Below are positions 39,701 to 52,714 of a stretch of DNA of 64,000 nt, piece by piece (within the stretch, counting starts at the first letter, position 1; each line of letters starts with the position of its first letter). A program made the translations under genes and the position numbers. This DNA is from Octopus vulgaris (lineage: Eukaryota): assembly GCA_951406725.2 (NCBI GenBank), contig OX597823.1:15872001-15936000 (forward strand). The letters run 5' to 3'. A model generated the notes under the pieces. It searched no databases. It had not been told where the DNA came from and saw only the letters and a program-made list of their open reading frames with translations.

Positions 39701-40399
39701 TGCAAAGGGCTAATGCAGACTCCATCCTTACGATGGCCTTATTGTGGGAAGTTACCACCATTTTCGCTGTCTTGCTAAACGTCACTTTTGCCGTTTCCCT
39801 TATATTTTTTTCATCCTTGATGTGGTAAATAGCAGATTCATTGATGACGTAATGGCGGCCTAATTCCACATACTCTCTCCCTTTCATATGCATGTCGAGG
39901 AATTTCACCTTCTCTGCAATACTAAGCATCTTCCTCTTGCGCTTGGGTTCACTGCCAGAAGCCTTAGAAAATGCAGAAAGCTTGGGCGACATCGTAAAGC
40001 TTCAAATAAATCCGTAATTTTACACACAAATGCAAAACAACACCACATACTCGCCTCCCGAGTTTCGTTTTCCATATAGTATGTGCGATTCTTTGTTTTC
40101 TCATCTACAGTACACTATGTATTTTCTTTTAATATATTTTAATTAATGTGCTATACAGTGCAGTACTATACTGTATTTTTATTTCATGATTTATTAAAAT
40201 CCCAAGGGCCCTCAAAATCAAAAATAAGGCGTGACAATGCTTATTTTACAAAAGAAATAGTTAAAATATAAATACCTATCGGCCGCAGAAATGCGATATA
40301 CTGAGGAGTCCGTGATATAAATTTACATATATTAGCTTGAAAAATCCGCGGTGTACTGAGGGCGCGATAGGTAGATCGCGATATGGCGAGTGATTACTG
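39700..40399 (-). mobile_element. Tigger-like DNA transposon 5' part with transposase N-terminus
   Basis: MSPK...EPKRKRKMLSIAEKVKFLD...GRHYVINESAIYHIKDEKNIRE...MESALAL (psq HTH and start of the CENP-B HTH). Terminus TA|CAGTAATCACTCGCCATATCGCG on the minus strand. Confidence 0.8.
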
Positions 40400-40523
40400 T
40401 ATAACGAAGCAGGGTAACAACATAACAATCCAACAAACTCTCCACGAACTCTCCACGAACCAACAAACGATATTCCGACAAACTACCAAAACGACACCTT
40501 ACGATTTCTTGCGATTAACGCCT

Positions 40524-40558
<35 letters not shown>

Positions 40559-40815
40559 CTGTTTGTCTCTCTCTCTCTCTCTCTCTCTCTCAATCAGACC
40601 GCTACTATTTATAGTTCAATCAAGTCTATTCTCGCAGGAGGTGTCGCGACTCTCGCCACAACACATACATACATACATACATACATACATACATACATAC
40701 ATACATACATACATACATACATACACACATACATACATACATGCATACATACATACATACATACATACATACATACATACATACACACATACATACATAC
40801 ATACATACATGTATG

Positions 40816-40849
<34 letters not shown>

Positions 40850-41416
40850 TGCATGCATGTATGTCTGTATGTGTGTTTCTAGATGGGATGGAGTAAATAG
40901 AGAAATTACTGTAAAAATATCTCAGGAATTCTTCTCGTCTTTTATATAGTCTTGGTGCCTTTTTCTTTATCTGTGTCATATCTTTTAGTATAAAGAATTC
41001 ATTTTACCGTTTGCACGTTGCAGAGAAGCAGTGAAGTATCTCACAATGAAGTAATTTATTGTGGGTGAGGGGGAATGTATATACCAAGGTCAAATTTTCA
41101 CCATGACACACTGTTTCTAAGAATCTCTGGCAACAGAAGCCAACCTGCTATATGCAATAGCTAAATTTCCTCAAATTTTGTACTACCGTCTCTAACACAA
41201 ATACGAGCTAATTGGAAAATGTGATCCTAGATATACAAAAAGCTGAATGCAATTGCCCTTGATCATAAGTTTTCTCAATTAGAACTGACCAGAGGCCAAC
41301 AACCAGAAAGACAACGGCCGAAACATTCAGAATTTGTGGAATTTAAGAGATTTTGTTGTGTTCTGATTTTCCACAAGATTCAATTTATTTGCAGCATGGA
41401 AGGTGTTTATAAGCCA

Positions 41417-41799
41417 CTAGCAGTATCGCCCGGCGTTGCTCAGGTTTGTAAGGGAAATAACTATAAAGCATTTTTAGAGAGTTATAGCCAAAAAATAGCA
41501 AAAAAATGGAAAAAAATGATGGTAAATTTTTTTTTTAGTTAAAAAAGGTGGAGTTGCGTCCCCTAAACAATTTGCGGTTTGTGTTTCTGATTCTCGACCC
41601 CATGTCGAATTTATCGATTTTTTTCAGAACTGGGGGAACTTTTCAAAATTTTCGCTGCGTTAGTTTTGAATTATGACATTGGGCTATGTGTGTGTCAAGT
41701 TTCATCAGAATCGGTTGAAAGCCGTGGTCAGGGTGAGGGTACAAGCAAACAGACACACAGAAACACGCACAGACAAACTGCCGTTTATATATAGAGAGA
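41417..41799 (-). mobile_element. Non-autonomous Helitron, exact A|T insertion
   Basis: The empty site aagcca|tttaag is visible at about 63147-63158; no TSD. Confidence 0.93.
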
Positions 41800-41850
41800 T
41801 TTAAGAAAAACACAAAAACTATTAGATTCACTTCAACATTATAATTTTAA

Positions 41851-41901
41851 TTTGCCAAAATATTTTCGTCGCTTTGATACCGCGACCTGTTCACTGACAA
41901 A
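41851..41901 (-). ncRNA. Hammerhead ribozyme candidate, G3-C8 core variant
   Basis: uuuguca-GUGAACA-G-GUCGC(gguaucaaa)GCGAC-GAA-AAUAUU-U-uggcaaa. Confidence 0.65.
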
Positions 41902-43539
41902 ATTCCGTGCTTCATCTCAATTTATTTAATTTCTTTAAACTTATTTCCCACGTATTAATGCTGATAAATAAAATCAATTAATTATATTTTCAATGATCGA
42001 GGTGTCCATCAACAGGCCCTACGTAATTCTTTTAGGCGAGTTATACCGATCTCAACATTGCTTCTGGATTGATGAAAGACGACGGAGCTGATCTCAGTGA
42101 AACGGGAGTTGAATTTACAAAGTATGGGCCAATAGCGAAATACTGCAAAGGATTATGGCCGACGCTCTAAAAATCCTGCTAATGCAATAAAGTTTTGAAA
42201 TGATTGCACTGTGTACTGTGATGTGAGGAAAACTGATTATCCTTGAGGAAACCCTAAAAGTTTCTCCCTTCAAGGAGTCAAAATTCGCTTACTTTAGGTG
42301 TTACACTGTATCTTCAATCATAACCTACTTTGAACGAAAAAAAAATGAATGTGTGTGTGTATTTGATTTTATGTATATGGGTATATGTACATGCACACAC
42401 ACACACACACAGACATACACACACACACATACACACACATACACACACACACACACACACTGGATTGTACTAGTAATTCAAAAGTCCATTTCATTAAGGC
42501 GAAATACTCAACCACTTATACATAAATTTTACGAGTCGATCGAACAACTGAATATTCATTGTCGCAGCCGACGAAAGATCCACAGATACGTCTCTTAATC
42601 TGCTCTACATCTTTTCATAGGATGAACGATTCATGTTATCATTACAGAAGTTACAAATTATTTCAAAATGAAGTAGTTTATAGTGCAGGACAGCCCATTC
42701 ACTAAGATCAGCTTATGGCCGCAGTCGTAGTAATGTGCTTATGAAGTTCACTTTACAACTATACAATCTGTGATTCGATTCTACTGTGCAATACCTTGAA
42801 CAATTGTCCTTTACTCATAATCTGTTGCCAACCAGTGAAATATAGTTGAACTTTGACAGACGAGAATTGCACAGAAACTCATCAGAGGGTCCATTCCGCG
42901 TTTATAGAATTATATTTAGCCCGTAGCCCGCTTAATATCAACATCTGGCCTTTTTAGATATCAGATCTTTGTTAAGTTTTCCTCCTACCTACCGTCAGTC
43001 TTAGTGAGCCTAAAAAGGATCAAGAGTATTGCTCTTCCTTCTCCAAACATGGCCAATAAAACGAGTTGTTTACTAATCTGGCTTCGGTCAACCATGACCA
43101 AACAGACCTATGATTCATAGATAGTCGATCAAACAATTAGGTACGACCTACATATTGTCAGATATACAAATGACTCCACCTGACTGAAAGTCACTCTGCA
43201 CAGTCTAGAATGTTTAATCGTATGAATATTTTGTATCTCTTCCATTGTCTAGTGTATTTCTCTACAGCTGTATTGTTAATTAACTCCAGGCCAACCCTAA
43301 TCAATCAAATCTATGTTCAAGGGCATTTCATCCACGACAATACCATCTTAGTGATACCTAGGACCACTTTATCTAATGTTTTCTTTTCTCAAATACGCAG
43401 TAGAGCTCGATTTGAGCGAAACTTAGTTGCGAGTTCTCGCAAGCCAATCCTGCACGCTTGAAAATTATGGTAGTGGCCAAAATGGAGGTAGACAACGTGG
43501 ACTCTATTTGAACGTAATAGATGTTGTTGAGAGGGTATC

Positions 43540-43613
43540 CCAGGAGCCTTTATACAGTTGGTCATTCTTCTAGGTATTCCTAGAAGAATGACCAACTGTA
43601 TAAAGGCTCCTGG
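43540..43613. repeat. Perfect 35-bp inverted repeat with a 4-nt loop
   Basis: ccaggagcctttatacagttggtcattcttctagg-tatt-cctagaagaatgaccaactgtataaaggctcctgg. Confidence 0.95.
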
Positions 43614-44006
43614 CCAGATTTCATCCATTTTCTACTCAACCGCCTTAAAAATGGCTGCAAAAATGTGCCAATGGAGTGTACTGCTATCAACAGTAGCAGT
43701 GTTCTCTATAACTGATCAGTGCTATAATTAGCATGCATACTTAGGATTGAAACCGCTCACTAACCTAGGGAAGGGCATATATCTTTGAATAACCGGACAT
43801 TTGCTCCAAGATCCAACGGGATTGGCAGATACAATTTTATGTTATCTTAGTCGTGGCACAGCAGTAGTTGAGAAAGATAACCATTATCATAATGATTACT
43901 GGCATTACTAAAGATAGTGTAAATTTATTTTGTAATACTTCTGTATTATACCTCTTATAATTTCACGTATGTGTGTGTATGTGTGTGTATGTGTGTGTGT
44001 GAGTGT

Positions 44007-44048
<42 letters not shown>

Positions 44049-44253
44049 GAGAGACAGAGAGACAGAGAGACAGAGAGACAGAGAGACAGATAAACACACA
44101 CAGAGTGTATGTGCGCGAGTATGTGTAGGTACGTACGTATGTACGTATGTATGTATGAATACATGAATGGATATGTGCACATATTTATGCATATATATGT
44201 GTATATATGGGTATTTATGTATATATGGGTATGTATATATGTATGTATGCATG

Positions 44254-44330
<77 letters not shown>

Positions 44331-44331
44331 A

Positions 44332-44401
<70 letters not shown>

Positions 44402-44427
44402 TACATATACATATATATACATACATG

Positions 44428-44470
<43 letters not shown>

Positions 44471-44475
<5 letters not shown>

Positions 44476-45045
44476 CCCAGAAGCATTGACTGGGTTGGTA
44501 TTTTACAATTCTACAGAAAATAAATTAAATTCCGAAAACTGGATAGATAAAATTGAGTCTGAAGCAAAAAGTAAATTTCGAACATGGGATAGCTCTGAAA
44601 ATAGCCTGGAAAATTGGGTAAATACTCCTAGAAGTCGGAAAAAAAATTGCCAGACGGACGGCTACAAAGGATCGAACACCGTACCCCTCGGATACCGGCT
44701 GTACGGTTTGTACAATTAACTTAAGCGGTTCTGGTATTCCGCATTCGATATTTAGTTTCTGTAAAATACCAACCCACTTTACGCTTCTAAGTTTGTTTAT
44801 AAAAAAAATGTTCTTACATTCCAAAAAGTTATTAACTTTATAATAGACGTCAACTGTTATCTGTTGTCAGGGACCGCTTCGCTTAGCCGTACAGGGCACT
44901 CAGCTTGTATCAGAGATGTATAGGACGCTATTCTCTGTAATCATCACCTCGCAACTTTTTGTCCCGTCTTTTACGGGCACTTACCCAATTTTCATGGCTG
45001 TTTTCAGAGCTATCCCGCGTTCGAAATTTACTTTCTTTTCTGTAA
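44471..45045. mobile_element. Fold-back/MITE-like element between (TA)n tracts
   Basis: Imperfect ~54-bp inverted repeat at about 44568-44621 / 44981-45034, and a second at about 44491-44506 / 44760-44776. Confidence 0.5.
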
Positions 45046-45065
45046 TATATATATATATATATATT

Positions 45066-45416
45066 TGCTTCCCAGCCACATGGTTCCGGGTTCAACCCCA
45101 CTGCGTGGAACCTTGTATAAGTGTCTTCAACTATAACCTCGAGCCGAAGAAAGCCTTTTGAGTGTATTTGGTAGACAGAAACTGAAAGAAGCCCGTCGTA
45201 TATATATATATATATATGTTCGTGTGTCTGTACTTGTCTTCCGCCATCACTTGACAACCGATGTTAGTGTGTTTATGTCCCCGTAACTTTTGTCCAGCAA
45301 AAGAGACCGATAGTATAAGTACTAGGCTTACAAAGAATAAGTCCCGGGGTCGATTTGTTCAACTAAAGGTGGTTCTGCAGCATGGCCACAGTCAAATGAC
45401 TGAAACAAGTAAGAGA
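45066..45416 (+). mobile_element. SINE family B (5' truncated)
   Basis: Homology to 30619-31026. Confidence 0.8.
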
Positions 45417-45684
45417 ATATATATATATATATATCAATTGATCTTTAAATCTATACCTCAACACTTCCTTCTCTAAATATATCTAGAGATTAAAGGACGG
45501 TATTATCAAGAATTATAAGAAAGTATTGGAATTTGTGAAATTTTGCAGACATTTCTACCGATATTTATTCAGAAATTTCCGACCAACAACTAGCTAAAAT
45601 AGTTTCGTTTTTCACGTAATGCATTCGCCAAACTGAGATGATTACATATTACTAAAAAGAAAAAAAGGGAAAAAGAAAAGTGTC

Positions 45685-45990
45685 TGTCATCCCAGTAGTT
45701 GTAGGGCCATTCGGAGTACTAACAAACAAGTTCGAGAAATATGTCAAAGAAATCGGAATTGACATGAGAGTAGAGCAAGCCCCCCAAAACTGCTCTGCTG
45801 GGGGGGGGGGGGATAGCTAGAATTTTGAGATTGGTACTTGCGTGTTGAAAGTCTTCAACGATAATTAACCAATTACCAAAGATTATAATGTGTAGAAAGA
45901 AACCCTGTGGGACTTTTGACAACAGACTGACGTCCGCTCTCACAGAATCAACCAGAGCAAACAAGACCGAACGCTCTGAGAAGTAAAACA
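45685..45990 (+). pseudogene. 3' fragment of an R4/Dong-like (RLE) non-LTR retrotransposon
   Basis: VIPVVVGPFG...EQAPKTALLG..ARILRLVL is typical of the RLE C-terminus, followed by a short 3' UTR. Confidence 0.6.
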
Positions 45991-46050
45991 ACAACAAGAA
46001 CTGACAAGCAAATCTGTGGTATTGAGAAGAATATTTACTGTAGCCCATCT

Positions 46051-46538
46051 ATTTTTTGTCTTGGTGTAAAAGATGGGCTACAGCAAATATTCTGCTCAAT
46101 ACCACAGATTTGCTTGTCAGTTGTTTGATCATAACCAGTGGAGCATGTCCTTTAGTAGCTGACAATATGTGCATTTCTGATCACGAGTAGAAGTAGTGGA
46201 GGATCATCATAGTCATGTGTTGAGAGGAATTCTTTGGGGTTTGAGTAATTTCCCCCTGGAAACAAGGGTGTTTCGTTCAACATCCTTAAACAACCCTTAA
46301 TCAGGGACATTTTGAGCAGAATGGGCTACTCAATCTGAAGAAAATTCTAACTGGGCCCCACCAGCAAGGCCATGTGCTATTTGTCTTGAAATGAAATCAC
46401 CATGTCGTGCACATATGGTTGTGATGCCTGTGCCTGTGCCTGGTATACCCTTATCAGACGGGTAGTTATGATGGGTATACTGGGCTTCGTATATCTTACC
46501 CCAGTGTCACTTTGATGGCATGCACTGCTCTCTCACTC
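46051..46538 (-). mobile_element. Putative non-coding interspersed element abutting (TAA)n
   Basis: Sharp boundary at the (AAT)n tract. A 52-bp segment near its other end (46071-46122) is duplicated in inverted orientation at 45999-46050. Orientation is tentative. Confidence 0.45.
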
Positions 46539-46655
<117 letters not shown>

Positions 46656-46796
46656 AATCACATGAATGTGGACAATGAAGAGAATAACTGTTACCTCAGG
46701 AGTTGTAGGGAGATTGGGAGCATTAACAACTAAGTTTGAGAAATTTGCTGAAGAAATTAATTGGGATTGACATGAGGGTAAAACATTCTCAGAAAA

Positions 46797-48078
46797 CGCT
46801 TGGACAGGAAGACAAGAAAACTGCTAACATCTAAGAACATGCACCGCCCAAAAGCAGACGTTGATCTTCTGTTACTACCTAGAAGTAATGGGGGAAGAGG
46901 AATGATGTCAGTAGAACAGTGCTATAAGACCTCCACAATAGCAAGGAACAGGTACTTATCTAGGACTGGAGGCTGCGGCTTGTGTGCAAACACGAAAGCA
47001 GCAAAAAATCGCATTCTATTGTCAAGGAAGCTTGCAAATTCGCAAGGTAACTCGACATTAACCCTGAATTAGATGAAGGACCAGCCTGAAGAACCTGCTA
47101 CCAACCAAGCAAAATAGATCAAACAGACTGCAAAAAAGAACGGACAGAAACAAATTGAGGAGCGGTGGAGCCAGAAGCCTCTGCATGGACCGTATATATT
47201 TCGAATCTGAAATGCTGATGTAGACCAAGCAACAATCCATCAGTGGCAGAAAAGGCTCAGGACTGAAAGCAGAGACTTAAAGTTTCATATTAACGACACA
47301 AGATCAAAGCTTATTTACCAAAACCTACCAGGATAACGTTGTTCAAAACCGTTTTGACCCTAAATGCTGCGATAAATTTGATGAAACAATAGAACATCTC
47401 GTCTCGGGATGTCCTGTGCTGACACCAAACGAATACAAAAATCGCCACGATAGGGTAGGACAGCATTTACATTAGGGAATATGTAAACACTACAAAATCA
47501 GCACTCTTGCTTACTGGTATGAACCAGTCTTTGAAGGTAAAAATGTCAATATTCTCTGGGAATTTCCAGTCAACACCGACAGAAAGATCCAGGCTAATCG
47601 ACCAGACATAGTCATTAAAGACAGGGAAGAAAATACTTGTAAACTAATAGATGCAACTGTTCCCACCGATAAAAATATATTTGTAAAGAAATTTTACAAA
47701 TTAAGTAAATATAAGAACCTGGAAATTGAAATACAAAAGATGTGACATTTTAAAGTGAGAACTGTTATTGTTATTTTAGGTGCCCAAGGTATCATAAAAA
47801 AAAGGAATGTCAGGAACATCTAGATAACATCCCAGGTGAACCATGTCTCAGAGAAATCCGAAAGATTGTGCTGACAAATACTGCCCACATCCTTAGAAAA
47901 ACCCTATGAACTTAAATGTCTGTGTTGTATGACATGAAAATATTTCGCTACTGCTCTTGCCACTTCCCTTTCCCAAACTTTTAGCCACACTGTAACATCC
48001 TTCATCCTTCACTCGCCCAAGGAAGCTGAGTGTGTCTCGGCAAGTGACCGTAACAAACATACAGATTAAACGTAAATG
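46797..48078 (+). pseudogene. Decayed R4/Dong-clade retrotransposon: post-RT region, CCHC knuckle, restriction-like endonuclease
   Basis: DRKTRKLL...HRPKADVD..LPRSNGGRGM, WSQKPLHG, DETIEHLVSGC...YKNRHDRV, TDRKIQANRPDIVIKD...LIDATVP; stops and frameshifts; ends at TAA-like repeats. Confidence 0.85.
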
Positions 48079-48096
48079 AATAATGATAATAATAAT

Positions 48097-48210
48097 AACA
48101 AGAGCACTCAGAGAACGCAAACCTCCGCCAAAGCAACACCAGCAGGCTCTCAACGATTAGCCAGAGATGACTTTTAAAATGAGAATATCTGAAATAAACT
48201 CGACTGCTCT
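48097..48210 (-). mobile_element. Helentron/HINE-like terminal fragment
   Basis: aacaagagcactcagagaacgcaaacctccgccaa: short hairpin plus a cctccgccaa subterminal motif of the DINE/HINE type. Confidence 0.45.
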
Positions 48211-49026
48211 CACAAACGCCCACAAGACTTTGGTCGCCACGGAGCTATAGGAAAGACATTTAGCCGAAGTGTCGCAAAGTTAGACTAAACTCAAAGCCAT
48301 ATAGCTACAATGCACCATTTTATATATACATTAACAACCATTTTAATGTATGTATGTTTATTCACACACACTTATATTTGAGTATGCGTCCGTATGCGTA
48401 CGCGTGTGTGATTGTGAGAGAAGAGAAAAGACGAGTAAAAACGCAATAACTGTACTGGCCAAGATTCGTAACGATTTTTAATCTGAAAAGAACAAGACGA
48501 CTGTGAAATCTAATATTCGTTATCAATACGTCATTGATGACGTGTGTTAACTTTGGCTACAATTTAACATCATAACAAGATCGTGTTTTTAAAGACGCTG
48601 GCCTAACAGATACGAAAGTGACCATCACAGCTGGTGTAAATATAGTGTGCGTGATCATTGGTGAAACGTGATAGCGAAGATATCTAGATATACCTCTCTT
48701 ATGTCTTTCATATAATTCATTTTGTTATCGTTGTTTATGTTCTGAGATTCAGAGTATTTTTTTTTTTACTTTTTCCTAAAAGTTACAAATTATTTTGTTA
48801 CTTTTAGTTTTGTATTTATGTAATTTTTCAAAGGATGTATTTTTCAGTTTTTCTGTTTTAATTTCAATGATTTCCAAACTGTATTTTCAAAATGGCGACT
48901 AGAGTGAGTTAAGGAATAAGGAAGACAGACTTCAAGAAATGAAGAGGAGGGGAGTGTTTATAAGGAAACTAAAAATAACCGACAGAATGGAATATTTCAT
49001 TATATAATATACATCATCCTTGGTAT

Positions 49027-49074
<48 letters not shown>

Positions 49075-49177
49075 CACACATACATACATACATATATAAA
49101 TCAGATCGCCATGTTGATTCGCTAGCCTCTGCACGCATTTTTTTTCTCTCCTTCTTTCTGTGTTTCTTCTCTGTGTA

Positions 49178-49215
49178 TCTTTCTGTTGAAGAGCGTAGGC
49201 TCGAAACGTTAAAGA
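49178..49215 (+). ncRNA. Minimal hammerhead candidate (A6U core variant) in a Penelope pLTR-like fragment (~49100-49343)
   Basis: ucuuu-CUGUUGA-A-GAGC(guag)GCUC-GAA-ACGU-U-aaaga; 5-bp stem I, palindromic stem III. Confidence 0.6.
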
Positions 49216-49342
49216 CTTGTTTTATTTATATTCCTGAGCGCCATACTAATACAATTGTTTGTTTGTATTCCACCTGCCTTCGTCTTTTGTTTATTTCCGT
49301 AAACCTGCCTTCGTCTTTTGTCTATTTTCATAAAGCTTCCCG

Positions 49343-49404
<62 letters not shown>

Positions 49405-49549
49405 TTTGTAGAAAACAAATCCGAAAGAAAAAGCACATATTTTTAAGAGGTCAGGGGCCAACAGGTTTTGGGGATCTGACGATATGTTATAAAGCTAAAC
49501 GCTTTATGGATGGGAAACATAAGGTAATCCCATAAGCAGGCCTTCCCTA

Positions 49550-49615
<66 letters not shown>

Positions 49616-49714
49616 AATTAATCCAAACTTGAACAAAGAGAAAACACAACAACGCGAGGATGTTGAACAAGTATAGTGTTATTGGACGCTCAGGAAAGGA
49701 AGGAAAGTAGGAGA

Positions 49715-49749
49715 ATTTCACGTTTCGAGCGGAGCTCTTCGTCAGAAAT
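49715..49749 (-). ncRNA. Minimal hammerhead candidate in a pLTR downstream of a GIY-YIG remnant
   Basis: auuu-CUGACGA-A-GAGC(ucc)GCUC-GAA-ACGU-G-aaau; G at position 17 predicts poor cleavage. Confidence 0.55.
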
Positions 49750-50214
49750 ATAGAAAAAAGAAAAAGTCCAAGGAAGGAAAGACAGAGAAAGAAAATCGCC
49801 AACGATACACACGCGGTCACATATTGAAATGACCGGAAGGGAATGGGTGAAGAAAAGGTTCTTTCAAAGACAGGAGAATGCAAGAGAAGGAGGTGTGTGT
49901 GTATGTGTGGTTATGTGCGTGCACGCTGGTTTGTGTGTGTGTGTGTGCATGCGTGTGTGGTTGGGCTTAGTATCGTTTAAGGTTATAGGAAGAATTTATA
50001 GTAACAATTTTGGTAGGAGTGGCTGCCTGATGTGTGTCTACCTATACATGTGCGTAAGAGAATGGTCAGTAGAAGGCACTGGTAGTTTGAAATATGTGTG
50101 TGTGCATGTATGTATATGTAGTGTGAGTGTGTTTTGTTTGCAATGTGTTTGTGTATGTATGTATGTGTGTGTTCATGTGTGTATGTGTGTATGCGTGGGG
50201 ATGTGTATGTGGAG

Positions 50215-50620
50215 TAACTGTACTTTACTCTGTGTTGGCCAAGCGGAAGTGACGGACGACAGGGGTGTTCGAACGTAGACGGTCGGTGTACGGGTCGGCC
50301 AGTCGGCGGCCCGTCTGACCTACATATAGTTTACCACAGAGGTTGCATCTAATACAGTATATGAGGCTAGAAGTGCAAGAGAAGGAATTTGTTATGCGAA
50401 GAGTTTGCTGATTAGAACCAGTGAGAGAAGTAGTGTTGGTGATGAAGGGGCAGGTGTTGCAGCGGGATCTGGAGCACGGGAAGGATCCGGATGGGACTGG
50501 GGGGAAGAGAAGGTGCTACGGACCAGAAGATCGCGTAGGTTCCGGGCGCGTTAAAAGGAGGACAAGGGTGGGTTGGGGAAAATCGAGCTGGAGACAACGG
50601 AAGGCCCGTAGTATCCTCCG
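50215..50620 (-). pseudogene. Penelope-like GIY-YIG endonuclease remnant
   Basis: Minus-strand ITNSFSCTSSLIYCIRCNLCGKLYVGQTGRRLAD...PVVRHF; same strand as the 49715 hammerhead. Confidence 0.8.
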
Positions 50621-50689
50621 TTGTGGTTGAGAAGCAAACTTCTTACCACACAGACAGGCCTGAGTCTATCGACTCAAAGTACGCATACA

Positions 50690-50780
<91 letters not shown>

Positions 50781-51268
50781 TTATGTCTACATCGTATGAC
50801 GGGCGCTATATTTAATTATCTTCGATTTATTTTGCAAATTCTATATTAAGCATGCCGGCAAAGTGAGAAAAATAAACGCGCACCAGCAATTGAGGAAACC
50901 TCTTATTAAAGCAAATCACACCCTACGCAAAATGAATCTAGTAATCCTGTGTTATTAAAAAACTTAATTCATAGTAATTGGCATTGTATTAGAAACAATG
51001 ATGTAAAAGCAAATGATTTGATGTTCTTTTCATGAAGCTATTTAGTTCTAACATCTCTCCTTCGATATGTTACGTATGTAACACCAAAATACATTTATAC
51101 ACATATATACGACAGAGAGAGGGCAAACTTAGAGAAATACACAGGGTTTAATTGAAAAAGCACGACAAATTATATTTCTGAAATCATTTTATTTTATTAA
51201 TGTTAGTAAGTACAAATCTTCCGAATTAAATCTCTACACACGCTCACACACGTGTGTATAACAGTCAA

Positions 51269-51315
<47 letters not shown>

Positions 51316-51383
51316 GTGTGTGTGTATGTTATATATATATATGTGTGTGTGTGTGTATGTGTATATATATGTATATATCTATA

Positions 51384-51423
<40 letters not shown>

Positions 51424-51484
51424 AATATATATATATATATGTATATAAATATATATATACATATATATATACATATATATATAC

Positions 51485-51586
<102 letters not shown>

Positions 51587-51612
51587 TGTATGCATGTGTG
51601 TGTATATATATA

Positions 51613-51777
51613 CAGGGTGGCCCAAAAGTAGGTTTGACAGTTATTCAACTATCTCTTTCGCATTCATATATTACCAGTTTAGATCTTAATTATAGGAAAT
51701 TTAAATGTAATAAAATGTTTTAAAAGAAATTTGAAGTGCCTACGTGATAACTGTAAACCTACTTTTGGGCCACCGTG
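51613..51777. mobile_element. Tc1/mariner-type MITE
   Basis: TIRs cagggtggcccaaaagtaggttt(g)acagttat / ataactgtaaacctacttttgggccaccgtg, flanked by TA. Confidence 0.85.
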
Positions 51778-52079
51778 TATATGTGTGTATGTGCGTGTAT
51801 CTAATTTGAATATGTAAAAAAAAAAAAAAAAGACGTGCTTTTTGAAGCACCTTTAAGCGTAACAGTAATGCATTTACTGATGGTGCGATACTACGAGAAT
51901 AGACTCAAATTTATTGTGATGATCCTGTTCACACAAACTTCAAGATTCGCAGCCGACTTGTTCAGCCGTGTATGTATGTATGTATGTATGTATGTATGTA
52001 TGTATGTATGTATGTATGTATGTATGTATGTATGTATGTATGTATGTATGTATGTATGTATGTATGTATGTATGTATGA

Positions 52080-52112
<33 letters not shown>

Positions 52113-52628
52113 TGTATGTATGTATGTATGTATGTATGTATGTATGTATGTATGTATGTATGTATGTATGTATGTATGTATGTATGCATGTATTTATGTA
52201 TGTATGTATGTATGTATGTATGTATGTATATATGTATGCATGCATGCATGTATGTATGTATGTATGTATGTATTATGTATGTATACAGATACATACACAC
52301 AAATACGAGTATGTATGAGTGCTGCGCGCGCGTGTGTACGTAAGTAAGTATATTATTCGGGTTTAAGTTGCGTAAGCTTGATTCAAGGGCAGAGCAAAGA
52401 AAAAAAAACGGAAAAAAAAAGAACTTCTTGAAAAACTTTTGCAGATTCTAGATCCTTGATATTCAAAGCATAAAAATCAGAAGAAAAAAGAACCAGTTTC
52501 ATTTCCCCGTAAAACGTAAAATAAAAACTTTATGGGAGTGGAGATGCATGATCAGAAATCTGTTATACATACATGCATACATACATACATATATTATCCG
52601 AAATGTACTGTATTATATATCCTTCACG

Positions 52629-52714
52629 GCTGATCATACGAATCGGTTTCGCGCTAGGAATACAACGGAGTCTTAGGTAAAAATCCGATTATATAACCTT
52701 ACGCTCATCAGAGC
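52629..52714 (-). ncRNA. Hammerhead candidate with long stem II, partly decayed
   Basis: gcu-CUGAUGA-GCGUaagg...ccuaGCGC-GAA-ACCG(auucgua)UGAU-C-agc; one mismatch in stem III. Confidence 0.55.

Larger units (their letters stand above)
41385..41915 (-). mobile_element. Older copy of the Penelope-type short element of 63.1-63.4 kb, split by a Helitron
   Basis: gcagcatggaaggtgtttataagcca | tttaagaa...ccgcgacctgttcactgacaaa matches 63125-63262. Confidence 0.8.
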
